A DNA stretch of 64,000 bases from the human T2T-CHM13v2.0 reference genome, Homo sapiens. The notes below the pieces were generated by a model. The model worked only from the letters and a program-made list of their open reading frames with translations, was not told the origin of the DNA and did no database searches. Both the position numbers and the translations under genes were made by a program. Location: NCBI RefSeq assembly GCF_009914755.1, contig NC_060934.1, one strand, 5' to 3'. This document shows positions 24,486 through 36,527 of the stretch, piece by piece. Position 1 is the stretch's first letter; the number at the start of each line of letters is the position of its first letter.

Positions 24486-27400
24486 TAACCACGGAATGAC
24501 CCTGCCTCCTCATGTGCCCACCACAGTCTGCCCTCTCTGGTATATCTTGTTCTCTCCCTGCCCCCTCTTCTTACCACCAGGATGCTGCAGCAGAACAGAG
24601 TTTGTTCTTGAGCAGTGCAGGGCAGAAGCAGCATGTTTGCAGGTGTTGCTGCAGACCTTTGCTAGATGGCACCTCTCCCTCTCCCCAGACTCCAGGAAGA
24701 GCCTCAGCGCCTGGCAGGGAGGGGGAGAGGAGAGTGAAAGGACCAGAAAAAGCACTGAGGATTGGTAGGCCCCCAAGGAGGTACGCCTGTCACTGTTTCC
24801 CTTCCTCCCCCACCCCCACCCACTTGGGGACTTTCAGGACAGAGAGAATCTGCATCCGCCCCTCCCCTGTTCACCCTACCTGGTGGGGTCCCCCAAGTTT
24901 CCCTGTGCCCAGCATCACATGGGAGCAGAAGAAATGGGAGCAGCATGGGTCGTAGCAGGGGACTCAGGTCAGGCTGGTAATGATGCAGTAGGGGCTGTGG
25001 GTGCAGAGATGGGACAGGAACAAGGATGTGCACCTGTGCTAGAAGAGCCGGTTCAAGGATGCCAGGGAGCAGCCAACACTGAGGCGTGGGAGGCTCAGCA
25101 CACGAAATGCCAGGGAAAGCAGGAGGACCCTGAATGGCTTTCGATTACATTCCTGCCTCCTGGCAGAATGGGCACTTATAGTAGAACTTAAGTTCAGTGA
25201 CACAAAAATACAGCCACTTTTTTCATGCCCTGATTTCAGCAACTCAGAATCACCATGAAGGAGACTTATGGGGCGCCACGAATCTGACCTCAGTGGGGAA
25301 GTCAGGGAAGGCTTCCTGTAAGAAATGATGATTGGCCTGAGTTCTGAAGGAAGAGTAGGAAATAAGAGGGTGGAAAGAATATTATAGACAGGAGGAACAG
25401 CATGTGCAAAGGCCCTATGGCAGGCAGAGCTTGATGGGAGAAACAATGAGGTACTTCCTCCTGTTGTGTGCAAACTGCCTGCTTAATCCAGCTGGGAGCC
25501 AGGACTGCAGCCAGTACAGCTGCTGGTAATTAACATGGGGACCCAGGAGAGTGGGGCTCTCAGAACACCCTATCCTTGGTTTTCATCTGCTCAGACTGTG
25601 TTTTTGCCAACTCTGGGACTCCTGACACCTCCACAGACTCTGAATATGAGGAGCAGAGGAGGAGCCCTGGGCGACACCCTTATTGTCGGGCTAGAGAAAC
25701 CAAGGACAGAGAAGACAAGCATTTGCCAAAGCCCACCAAGTCCACGTGGGAACAACCACTGCAGAGCTGAGGCCCTGCCGTGCAGCAACAAGCCTCCTGC
25801 CTTCAGAGAAGAAAACAAGTTCTAGCTGTTCCCCAGCCCTACTCAGGCCTGAGAGGTTTCTAGTAGTCACAGTCAGGAGGATACGATGATGGCTGCCCTG
25901 GAGATGGGCCAGTCAGAACTCACAGCCACCCACTTGTGCTGGTTATAACCCCACCACTACCATGGTGACCGCTTCAATAGCCAGGAGGGCTGAAAGGAAC
26001 AGGCAGCCAAGCTGTGTCTGATACTGGCTGCTCCGTCTGAACCCCCACCTATACCTGGACCCCACAGTCCCTCTGAGGTTATGGAGGGACAGTGAAATGC
26101 TCAAGGTCACCAGCAGGCTAGTAGCTCAGGAACCCAGGCCACCAGACTGGCTCCACCTGTGCTGGAAGAGCCAGCCCTTCCTTCTCCACCAGGGCCTCTG
26201 CTCTCCTGGCCCCAAGGAGCAGGTGGCCTGTTCAAGGAGAGAGGCATAGATGGGGCGACACAAGCATCAGCCCCCTGGGCTTGCCGGGTAATTATGCATT
26301 AGGAGCTAATGTTAATAAAGGCTCCAGGAAAGAGGTTTTAATTCCAGATCTCACCACCAGATTATTGCACATGAGGGAAATATCAGAGCCCCAGACTGTC
26401 TCCATCCCTCACCCTCCATCTCCAAGCAATCTGCTGCGTTTATTAATTCTGACAGAATTTTCCCAGGCTGGGGAGGAAAGGAGAGCAGGAGGGAAGTATG
26501 GTGGGGGTGGGGAGGTAAAGGGAGAGGTGGGGCATGGCAGTTTGGAGCAGACCTTGGGCCTTCTACTCCCTCCTCAACCCTACCCACCTGCACAGCCCCA
26601 AGGCATCCCTGGGGCATGCAGCGCACAGCTCTGCCCAGCCCCAGCTCCATGCTGCTGCCTCCAGAAATGGGACCCCTCCAGCAGCTCTTTTACTATCTGT
26701 CCTCCTTGATCCTCTCAACTTCCCCCTCTTTCTCATCCCTTCCTCCTCTAAGAATCACAGTCTGACTTTCCTTCCCACCTGAACCCCACCCCAGTGGCTC
26801 CAATTCCTTGAGTTACTTACAGTGATGCTGAGATTCACCTTTTAAGAATTTATTCCCAAAATGAACCAAGTAAAAGAAATATCGGAAAAAATCTAAATAT
26901 CCGTCAAAGACGTTTATTTTCTAAATTATAGTACAACCATGCACTGGAATACTCTATATGTAATGAAATGGAATAATCTAAAGGTATATTGTTGAGAGAA
27001 AAAAACATCAAGGTGCGGAACAGCATGTAAAGTGTACTACCTTTTGGTTAGAAATACACACGCACATGCACACGCACACATACACACACACACACACACA
27101 TTCATGTGTATGCATAGAATATGACCTAATTCATTATAAAGACCTTGTGCAGACAAAAGGAGATGATGTTTATAAAATACTTGGTACAATGTCTGTTACA
27201 TAGTAAACTCTCACTTAAAGCTTACTGTTGTTATCATTTGACATCTGACTCCTAAGTTGCTTCCCACTCTACCTTGAAGCCTCTCTGGAAAGGACATTTG
27301 CATGAACAACACTTGAGAAGAGGATGGGTTATAAATGAGAGGAAGCCAGCATAGGTTTTGGGGGGCAATAGGAGGTCGTATGCTGGTAAAGCCGCACAGG

Positions 27401-27654
27401 GGCTCTGACTGCATCCCCAGATGGTGCCCACCACGTCAGGGGCCTCGGGAGGCGACAAAGAAACCCAGACCTACAGCTGGAAGTTTCAGGAAGATGGAAC
27501 TCAGTGTAGAAGAAGCAAGCACCATTACAGCTAATTTCCTGAGGAAGTGGTGATCTCACCATTACATCAGACATCCCAGCAGAGGTGGGCCACCACTTGG
27601 TTAGGCAGCCGGAGAGGAAATAGTTACATAGCATGAAGATGCAGCCAATCTCTG

Positions 27655-27802
27655 TAACATGGTTCTAAAGGTCTGTGATCATGAGTGCAAGCTCTTAAGG
27701 TCTTCAGGAATCCCCCAGGGAGCTTGCGGAAATGCAGATCCCCATACCCCCACTTACAGATACTCTATTTGGCTGGGGTGGGACCCAGAAATCAGAATTT
27801 GT
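27655..27802. mobile_element. MER5-family hAT relic, left half (continues at ~37342-37380)
   Basis: ggaatcccccagggagcttgcggaaatgcagatccc...gggacccagaaatcag; completed by cctctcaggtgatcc...cacagtttga after the L1. Confidence 0.55.
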
Positions 27803-27825
27803 AAAAAAAAAAAAAAAAAAAAAAA

Positions 27826-28409
27826 ACTACAGTAAGGCAATATGGTATTGGCAAAAATATAGACACATAGAGTAATGGAACAGAATAGAGAGTTTAAAAA
27901 TAGACCCACATAAATATAGCCAATTGATTTCTAACAAAGGTGTAAAGGTGATTCCATTGAGAAGGGATAGTCTTTTCAACAAATGGTGCTGGAACAACTG
28001 AACATCCACACGAGAAAAATGAACTTCAACCTAAACCTCATAGCTTATACAAAAATTAACCCAAAGAGATCATAGATCTAATCTAAAATGTTTAGAAAAA
28101 TAAAACATAGGAGAAAACATAGGTGATCTAGGAATAGCCAAAGAGCTCTTAGGGATGATGCCCAAAGAAACATCTAGAACAGCAAAAGCTGATAACTTGG
28201 ATGGCATCAGAATTAAAGAGGCACTGTTAAAAGAATTCAAAGACATACTACAGACTGAGAGAAATCACATATAGTACTTGCCAAAGGATCTATATCCAGA
28301 ATATATTTAAAAAGCTCTAAAAACTCCACAGTAAGAAAATAAACAGACCAACTAAGAAATGGATAAAAGAATTGAACAGATACATCACTAAAAAGGACAT
28401 GAGCCTGGC
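27826..28409 (+). mobile_element. L1M ORF2 fragment, left part (split by HERV-L)
   Basis: ctacagtaaggcaatatggtattggc...atagacccacataaatatagccaattgatttc...gatagtcttttcaacaaatggtgctggaacaactg. Confidence 0.9.
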
Positions 28410-28912
28410 TGTATTAGTCAGGGTTCTCTAGAGGGACAGAACTAATGTGTGTATATATATATATGCATTATATATATAATTATATATAATGCATATATAT
28501 ATTCATTATATATTATATATTAGGTGAATATATATATATGTGTATATATTCACAATCACAAAGTCCCACAATAGGCCATCTGCAGGCCGAGGAGCAAGGA
28601 GAGCCAGTACAAGTTCCGAAACTGAAGAACTTGGAGTCCGATGATGGAGGGCAGGAAGCATCCAGCATGGGATAAAGATGTAGGCTAGCAGGCTAAGCCA
28701 GTCTCTCTTTTCACATTTTTCTGCCTGCTTCTATTGTAGCCATTCTGGCAGCTGATTAGGTCATGCCCACCCATATTAAGGGTGGGACTGCCTTTCCCAG
28801 CCCACTGACTCAAATGTTAATCTCCTTTGGCAACACCCTCACAGATACACCCAGGATTAATACTTTGTATCCTTCAATCCAATCAAGTTGACACTCAGTA
28901 TTAACCATCACA
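28410..28912 (-). mobile_element. HERV-L 3' LTR (MLT2A1-like)
   Basis: tgtattagtcagggttctct...ttaaccatcaca; adjacent agtccaccgtttgtc is the reverse complement of the PPT region. Confidence 0.95.
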
Positions 28913-29251
28913 AGTCCACCGTTTGTCAATTTGAACCCATACGTATCTCCTGAGATCATACATAATCTTCTAAGAAAGACAATAATGAGGTCTTAATTAC
29001 GCCTAACATAATACAACTATCCTTTGTACAACTGGAAACACACCAATCTCCAACCCAAATACCATTACATAAAGTGAATGATACTAAATGCTGATGCTAA
29101 GTCAACAAATCCTATGTCACATGATAAAGGAGAAAGGTGATAAAATGAAGATATTTTCTTAGTACAAGTGTATACATGCACAAACATGTTTTTAACAAAA
29201 GAAGGACAATTACAGTCCCCGTTTCTGCAACTGGTCACTTGGTTGTGGCTG

Positions 29252-29968
29252 TTATTGATGACTACCTTCTTCTACTACCCATTCTGTATTCCCTTTGCCT
29301 TTAGCAAGCATCTCAGCAGGTCTTGGTTTTTTTCCTGGTGGAGTGACACAAACCTTCATTTCTGAAGAGTCTGGGTCTTTTGTAGTCCTGCCTGGATTGG
29401 GATGTTGTAGTTTCCTTTCGACCTTAATCACAGGGCATGGTAATACTAAGAGACACCCTAATGGATCTCCTGTATTCCATGCATACTCTTCCCTACCTCC
29501 GTTGTGGAGTAATAGACTGATTTCTACTTGATAGTCTGGATCAGTCACCCCAGCCAACACTGTAACTCCCTTCTCAGCCTGTTGACTTAAAGGTAGGAGG
29601 ATCCCAAACTGTCCAGGTGGCAACCTTAACTTCCAGTTTAATGGAATCGTTGTTGTGTCTCCTGGTGGGAATGTTCCTCCCTCTGGAACTAAGACCTCCA
29701 GGCCAGCAGAACATAATGTCATGGGAAGAGGAAGGGAACATTTTGCTAGTGGATAACTAGGGGTGATGCTGAGTGGTGCCACTTCCACTTCCACTCCTTG
29801 ATTCCTGGACCCATGAATCCTGGCTATGGGAGAAAGAGTACCATATATTGGACGCTGATTCAGAGCATACATGGCCTTCTGGAGAACTTTGCTCCAGCCC
29901 TGCAAAGTACTGTCACCTAGTTGGTATTGTAATTGTGACTTCAAAAGGACACTCCACCTTTCCATCAA
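29252..29968 (-). pseudogene. HERV-L integrase C-terminus plus dUTPase (238-aa open frame)
   Basis: CSAGLEVLVP, PLNWKLRLPPGQFGILLP, GVTVLAGVTDPDYQVEISLLLHN are dUTPase motifs; post-IN position is typical of ERV-L. Confidence 0.9.
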
Positions 29969-30480
29969 TCCAGGTGCTTCGGGATGATGGGGAACATGGT
30001 AAGACCAGTGAATTCCATGAGCATGAGCGAGCTGCTGAACTTCTTTAGCTGTAAAGCAAGTGCCTTGGTCAGAGGCAATGCTGTGTGGAATATCATGATG
30101 GTGGATAAGGCATTCCGTGAGTCTACGGATGGTAGTCTTGGCAGAAGCATTGTGTGCAGGATAGGAAAACCCATATCCGGAGTAAGTGTCTATTCCAGTG
30201 AGGACAAACCTCTGCCCCTTTCATAATGGAAGAGGTCCAATATAATCAACCTGCCACCAGGTAGCTGGCTGATCACCCCTAGGAATGGTGCCATATAGAG
30301 GGTTCAGTGTTGGTCTCTGCTGCTGGCAAATTGGGCGCTTAGCAGTGGCTGTAGCCAGGTCAGCTTTGCTGAGTGGAAGTCTATGTTGCTGAGCCCATGC
30401 ATAACCTCCATCCCTGTTACCACGGCCCTTTGCTCATGGGCCCATTGGGCGATGACAGGGGTGGCTAGGGAAAGAGGCTG
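29969..30480 (-). pseudogene. HERV-L integrase (frameshifted, stops)
   Basis: Minus strand WWQVDYIGPLPL* at ~30225-30260; zinc-finger remnant WAHEQ...RPICQQ. Confidence 0.85.
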
Positions 30481-30915
30481 AGTGGTGTCCACAGAATGGG
30501 TCATCCTATCCACTTGATTATTAAACATTTCTCTACTGAGGTCACCCGTTGGTGAGCACTCACATGGGATACAAATATCTTCACACTTTTTGACCACTCA
30601 GAGATGTCCATCCACATACCTCTTCCCAAAATTTCTTTGTCACCAATTTTCCAATCATGCTTCTTCCAAGTCCCTAACCTTCCAGCCAAATCATTGACTA
30701 CAGCCCATGAATCAGTACATAATTGCATATCTGGCCGTTTCTCTTTCCATGCAAAGCGCACAGCCAGGTGCACTGCTCGAAGTTCTGCCCGCTAGGAAGA
30801 TTTTTCTTCACAACTGTCCTTCAGGGATGTCCTGGAAAGGGGCTGTAGTGCTGCAGCTGTCCACTTTCAGGTGGTGCCTGCATATCATGCAGATCCACCT
30901 GTGAACCAGGCCCTA
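30481..30915 (-). pseudogene. HERV-L RNase H (disrupted)
   Basis: WFTGGSA at ~30890-30910 (expected catalytic D appears replaced by G); LCTDSWAV and VKIFVSHVSAH in ORF 30501-30773. Confidence 0.85.
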
Positions 30916-31099
30916 GTCTTCTCTTCCTCTGTCAACTGATCATAGGGAACTCCCCATGAGGCTATCAGTGCAGGCTGGGGGAGAGAAGGCAGGGTGGCAT
31001 GAGTGGAGACCATGGCCACTTGAGCCACTTCTTCATGTAACTTACTTGTGCCTCAGGACCTGCTAGAGCCCAGTAATGTATATACCACTTCCATTTGAT

Positions 31100-32200
31100 G
31101 ATGGAATGCTACTGTGCATGACCCACTTTATGGCTAGATGGGTCAGAAAGCACCCAGTTCATGATAGGCAGTTCAGGTTGCATGGTGACTTGATGACCCA
31201 TAGTCAAACGTTCAGTTTCCACCAAAGCCCAGTAACAGGCCAAGGGCTGTCTCTCAAAAGGAGAATAGTTATCTGCAGAAGATGGCAGGGCCTTGCTCCA
31301 AAATCCTAGAGGCCTCCGCTGTGATTCACCTAGGGGGGCCTGCCAAAGGCTACAAACAGCATCCCTATCTGCCACACCTCAAGCACCACTGAATTTGTTG
31401 GGTCTTATGGCCCACGTGGCAGAGCAGCTTACATAGCAGCCTGTACCTGTTGCAGAGCCTTCTCCTGTTCTGGACCTCCCTCAAAACTGGCAGCCTTTCG
31501 GGTCACTTGATAAATGGGCTAGGGGAACACACCCAGTGAGGAATGTGTTGCCTCCAAAATCCAAATAGGCCCAGTAGGCATTGTGCCTCTTTCTTGGTTG
31601 TAGGAGGGGCCAAGTGTAGCAACTTATTCTTTACCTTAGAAGGAATATCTTGACAGGCTCCACACCACTGGACCCCTAGAAATTTTACTTAGGTAGAAGT
31701 TCCCTGAATTTTAGTCAGATTTATTTCCCATCCTCTGACACACAAATTTCTCACCAATAAGTCCAATGTGTTTGCTACTTCTTGCTGATTGGATCCAATC
31801 AGCATAATGTCATCAGTGTAATGGTTCAGTGTGATATCTTTCAGAAGTGAAAAGAGATCAAGGTCTCTCCAAACAAGATTATGACACAAAGCTGGAGAGT
31901 TGATATACCCCTGAGGTAGGACAGTGAAGGTATATTGCTGGCCTTGCCAGCTGAAGACAAATTGCTTCTGGTGGGCCTTATGGGCAGAAATGGAGAAAAA
32001 GGCATTTGCCAAGTCAATGGCTGCATACCAGGAGATGTGTTATATTTTCTGAGGCAATGAAACCACATCTGGTACAGCAGCTGCAATTGGAGTCACCACT
32101 TGGTTAAGCTTATGAGAATCCATGGTCGTTCTCCAAGATCTATCTGTCTTTTTCACAGGCTAAATGGGAGAGTTGAAAATGCATGTGGTGGGAATCACCA
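31100..32200 (-). pseudogene. HERV-L reverse transcriptase and tether (disrupted)
   Basis: ANAFFSI...QYTFTVLPQGYINSPALCH...HYTDDIML (YxDD) in 31689-32012; RPLGFWSKALP...YSPFERQ in 31109-31375. Confidence 0.92.
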
Positions 32201-32212
32201 CCCCTGTGTCTT

Positions 32213-32695
32213 TCAAGTCCTTGATGGTGGCACTAATCTCCGCAATCCCTCCAGGGATGCGATATATATATTTTTTTGATTTACTATTTTTCTAGGTAGA
32301 GGTAGCTCTAATGGCTTCCATTTGGCCTTTTCCACTGTAATAGCCCTCACCCTACCAGTCAGGGGGCCAATGTGGGGGTTCTGCCAGCTGCTAAGCATGT
32401 CTATGCCAATTATGCATTCTGGCACTAAGGAAATGATCATAGGATGAGTCCGGGAACCCACTAGACCCACTGTAAGTCAGACCTGAGCTAAAACTCCATT
32501 AATTACCTGACCTCTGTAAGCCCCTACTTTAACTGGAGGACCACAATGATGTTTTGGGTACTCTGGAATCAATGTCAGCTCAGAGCTGGTGTCCAGCATT
32601 CCCCGAAATGTCAGATCATTTCCCTTTCCCCAATGCACAGTTACCCTGGTAAAAGGCCAGAGGTCTCCTTGGGGAAAGATGGGAGAAAGATTCAC
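32213..32695 (-). pseudogene. HERV-L aspartic protease (disrupted)
   Basis: MLDTSSELTLIP (DTG changed to DTS) and ISLVPECIIGIDMLS in two separate ORFs. Confidence 0.85.
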
Positions 32696-32829
32696 TGTGT
32701 AAGTTGTTGATAATGTAGTGGGGTCCTTCCTCAGGGAAACTCGGCCTCCGCTTCATTCAAGGGGTTCTGGGTCTGTAAACTGGCTCAAGTCTGGAAATTG
32801 ATTGAGGGGCCATTATTCTCTATTTTTAT

Positions 32830-34632
32830 AACTCAAATTAGTTTTTATCCATTTGACCTAGAAGTTTTCTGTTTGTATAATTTAAGTAGGAATGCAGTAG
32901 GCTTCCTATCAATTTCACTTCTAGGAACACAGTGATTAGTTAGCCAATACCAGAGCTCTACATGAGTCAGACTATTCTGATTGCCGCTTTTCCTCTGCTG
33001 TCCATTATAGTAGGTATGACCACCTTGCCTTTGACAGTTGAGTGCTGCCACTTGGCCCCTTCTACTTCAAGATCCAATTATTCCCATTGTATTTAAGGGC
33101 TATTTAAGTGTAGCACACCTCCTCATGGGTCACACTGTCAACCTCACTTCTAGGGGCCTGCAGGGACTTTAGTCTAGTTATAAGTCCAGAAGCAAACAGG
33201 GGTATTGGGGATGGCCCTGGGGAAAATCAACATTATTTTGCCTGGCAACTGCCACTTTGTAGTTGAGTGACTGCGGTTCCCACCGTTAGATCTGACATAC
33301 AAGAGAAGAGCAATTATAGGGCTCTTCAAAGATGCAGGTGCTACCCTCACAAAACTATTTCACAAAGCATTGGTCAAGAGTATATCTTCTGGACCCTCCC
33401 AGCTGGGATGAGTATGTCTAAACTGATTAATCCACTCCACCATCCCAGTCTGCCTAAGCCCTTGGATCCCTTCCTCTACGTTAAACCAAGGGAGATCGGG
33501 CATTTCCAGCTCGCTCACAGTGGGCCATCTTTTAATCCGTATTTCAGCTAACCAAGCAAATAAACTATTAGAACCTTTTTTTTAACTCCTTGAGCTACAA
33601 CATTAAATGCAGAGTCCCTACTTAGTGGGCCCAAATCAATTAAATTCAGCCTGATCCAACTCTATGTTCCTTCTACCATTATCCCACACCCGTAATATCC
33701 ATTCCCATGCTTGTTCTCGAGATTTCTGTTTATATAAATTAGAAAACTCAAGCAGTTCTTTTTAAGTGTAGCACACCTCCTCGTGGGTCACACTCTCAAC
33801 CTCACCTCTAGGGGCCCACAGGGACTTTAGTTATAAGTCCAGAAGCAAATAAGGGTGTTGGGCGTGGCCCTGAGGAGAACCAACATTATTTTGCCTGGCA
33901 ACTGCCCCAGGGGAGGCCATCAGTGTTGCCTTAGGCAGTGCAAGGTTTATCTCCTCAGACAAAGGTGGAAAGGCTGATGGCAGCTTGGATTGGGGAGGGG
34001 ATGTTGCCACTACTGGGGATGGGGAAGCCGTTTCTTCTGGCAAAAAAAGCTTCATCAGAGTTTACAAACTCACTGTCCCCAACTTCATCAGGGTCCTCCC
34101 ACACATCCCCATTCCAAGTTGCAGGGTCCCATTCTTTTCCAATCAATGCCCCGACTTTAACAGTAGACACCTGGCGAGGCTGTGCATGCACTTTTGTTGC
34201 AGGTCAGCCACTTGCATGGTAAAAGCTTGTGTCTGTTTTTCCACAATTTCAGCTCTTTCCCTACAGGAGATAAGACTCTCAGGACAATCTTAGCAGATTT
34301 GTGGCTCAGTATCTGCTTCTGAAGCTGGGAGATAGAATCCCTGAGTTTATCATTTTTTTTCATCACTTTGTCCACTGAATTTAGCTTCATTATGTTCCTT
34401 AGTTCTCCACATATGTCAAAGATATTATGTATGAGTCACTAAACTCCTTGCCTCTCACAAGTGAGGAATTAGGAGTGCCAAACGCATTTACTTTGCATAA
34501 CTCTCTAAACAGTTCACACCAAGGACTATCAGTGTTCTCTATACTATTAGAAGTAGAATCCTTAGCATTTTGGGGTCTAGTCATATGAAGCAGCCAACTC
34601 CAGGAGCCCCCAAACCAATGAAAGAACTCCAT
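32830..34632 (-). pseudogene. HERV-L gag (fragmented)
   Basis: ORF pieces RPQNAKDSTSNSIENTDSPWCELFREL, VKVGALIGKEWDPATWNGDVWEDPD, MAALNCQRQGG resemble ERV-L Gag. Confidence 0.85.
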
Positions 34633-34656
34633 CGTTAATGTTCTGTTCCTCTAGAA

Positions 34657-34670
34657 CACTCCTGGCACCA
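34657..34670 (-). other. Primer-binding site (tRNA-Leu-type)
   Basis: Minus strand GATTT-TGGTGCCAGGAGTG directly after the 5' LTR; TGG start pairs with the tRNA CCA end. Confidence 0.75.
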
Positions 34671-34675
34671 AAATC

Positions 34676-35773
34676 TGTATTAGTCAGGGTTCTCTAGAGG
34701 GATAGAACTAACAGAATATATATATGATATATATATATATTTCACAAGGCATTGTGAATATATAAATTTATATCTATATAAATATATTGTAAATATAGAT
34801 TTATATATAAATATATTATAAATATATATAAATATGTTGTAAATATATATATAAATATATTGTAAATATATATATAAATATATTGTATATATATTTATAT
34901 ATAACTATGTTGTAAATATATATTTATATATAAATATATAAATACATATTTATATATTTATATATAAATACATATTTATATATTTATAGATTTGTAAATA
35001 TAAATATATATTATATATTATATATTTATATATTTTATATATCTATTTATATATTTGTAAATATATTTATATATTTATATTTTATAAATATATATATTTA
35101 CTTTTTATATATTTTTATATATATTTATATATTTTATATATATTATAAAAATTATATTTTTATATATAATTATTTTATATATATAAAATTATATATAATT
35201 ATTTTATATATATAAAATTATATATATTATATAAATATATATAACATATATTTATATAATATATATAATTTTTAAAATAATAATTATATGTAATTATTAT
35301 AAAAATATATTTATATATATTTATATATATTTATATATTTATATATAAATATATAAATATATAAAAATATACATTATATATTTATATATATAATATTATA
35401 TATATATTATATATTATCACAAGGTCCCACTATAGGCCACCTTCAGGCTGAGGCGCAAGAAGAGCCAATCCATGTTTCAAAACTGAAGAACCTGGAGTCT
35501 GATATTCAGGGTGGGAAGCATCCAGCACGGGAGAAAGAAGTAGGCTAGGAGGCTAGGCCAGTCTCTCTTTTCACATGTTTCTGTCTGCTTATATTCTAGC
35601 TGTGCTGGCAGCTGATTACATTGTGCCCACCCAGATTAAGGGTGGATCTGCCTTTCCCAGCCCACTGACTCAAATGCTAATCTCCTTTGGGCAACACCCT
35701 CACAGACACACCCAAGATGAATACCTTCTATCCTTCCATCCAATCAGGCTGACGCTCAGTATTAACCCACACA
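34676..35773 (-). mobile_element. HERV-L 5' LTR (MLT2A1-like) inflated by an AT-rich tract
   Basis: tgtattagtcagggttctct...attaacccacaca; about 14% divergent from the 3' LTR over the alignable ~355 bp (hand count). Confidence 0.95.
34716..35416. repeat. Degenerate (TA)n-derived AT-rich tract
   Basis: ~700 bp almost entirely A/T with local units such as aaatatattgtaaatatatat. Confidence 0.97.
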
Positions 35774-35832
35774 GTGTCAAATAAGGGAATGAAAAAATGT
35801 TCAATGTCTCTAGTCATTAAAGAAATACAAAC

Positions 35833-36527
<695 letters not shown>

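Larger units (their letters stand above)
28410..35773 (-). mobile_element. Near-complete defective HERV-L provirus (LTR-gag-pro-pol-dUTPase-LTR, no env)
   Basis: Two MLT2A LTRs in the same orientation, PBS, PPT, protease/RT/RNase H/IN/dUTPase motifs; L1 sequence resumes in register across it; degenerate TSD CTGGC / GTGTC. Confidence 0.97.

Noticed and set aside
28913-29250. Possible env remnant between dUTPase and the 3' LTR
   Set aside because: Only ~340 bp with no env-like frame; ERV-L elements lack env
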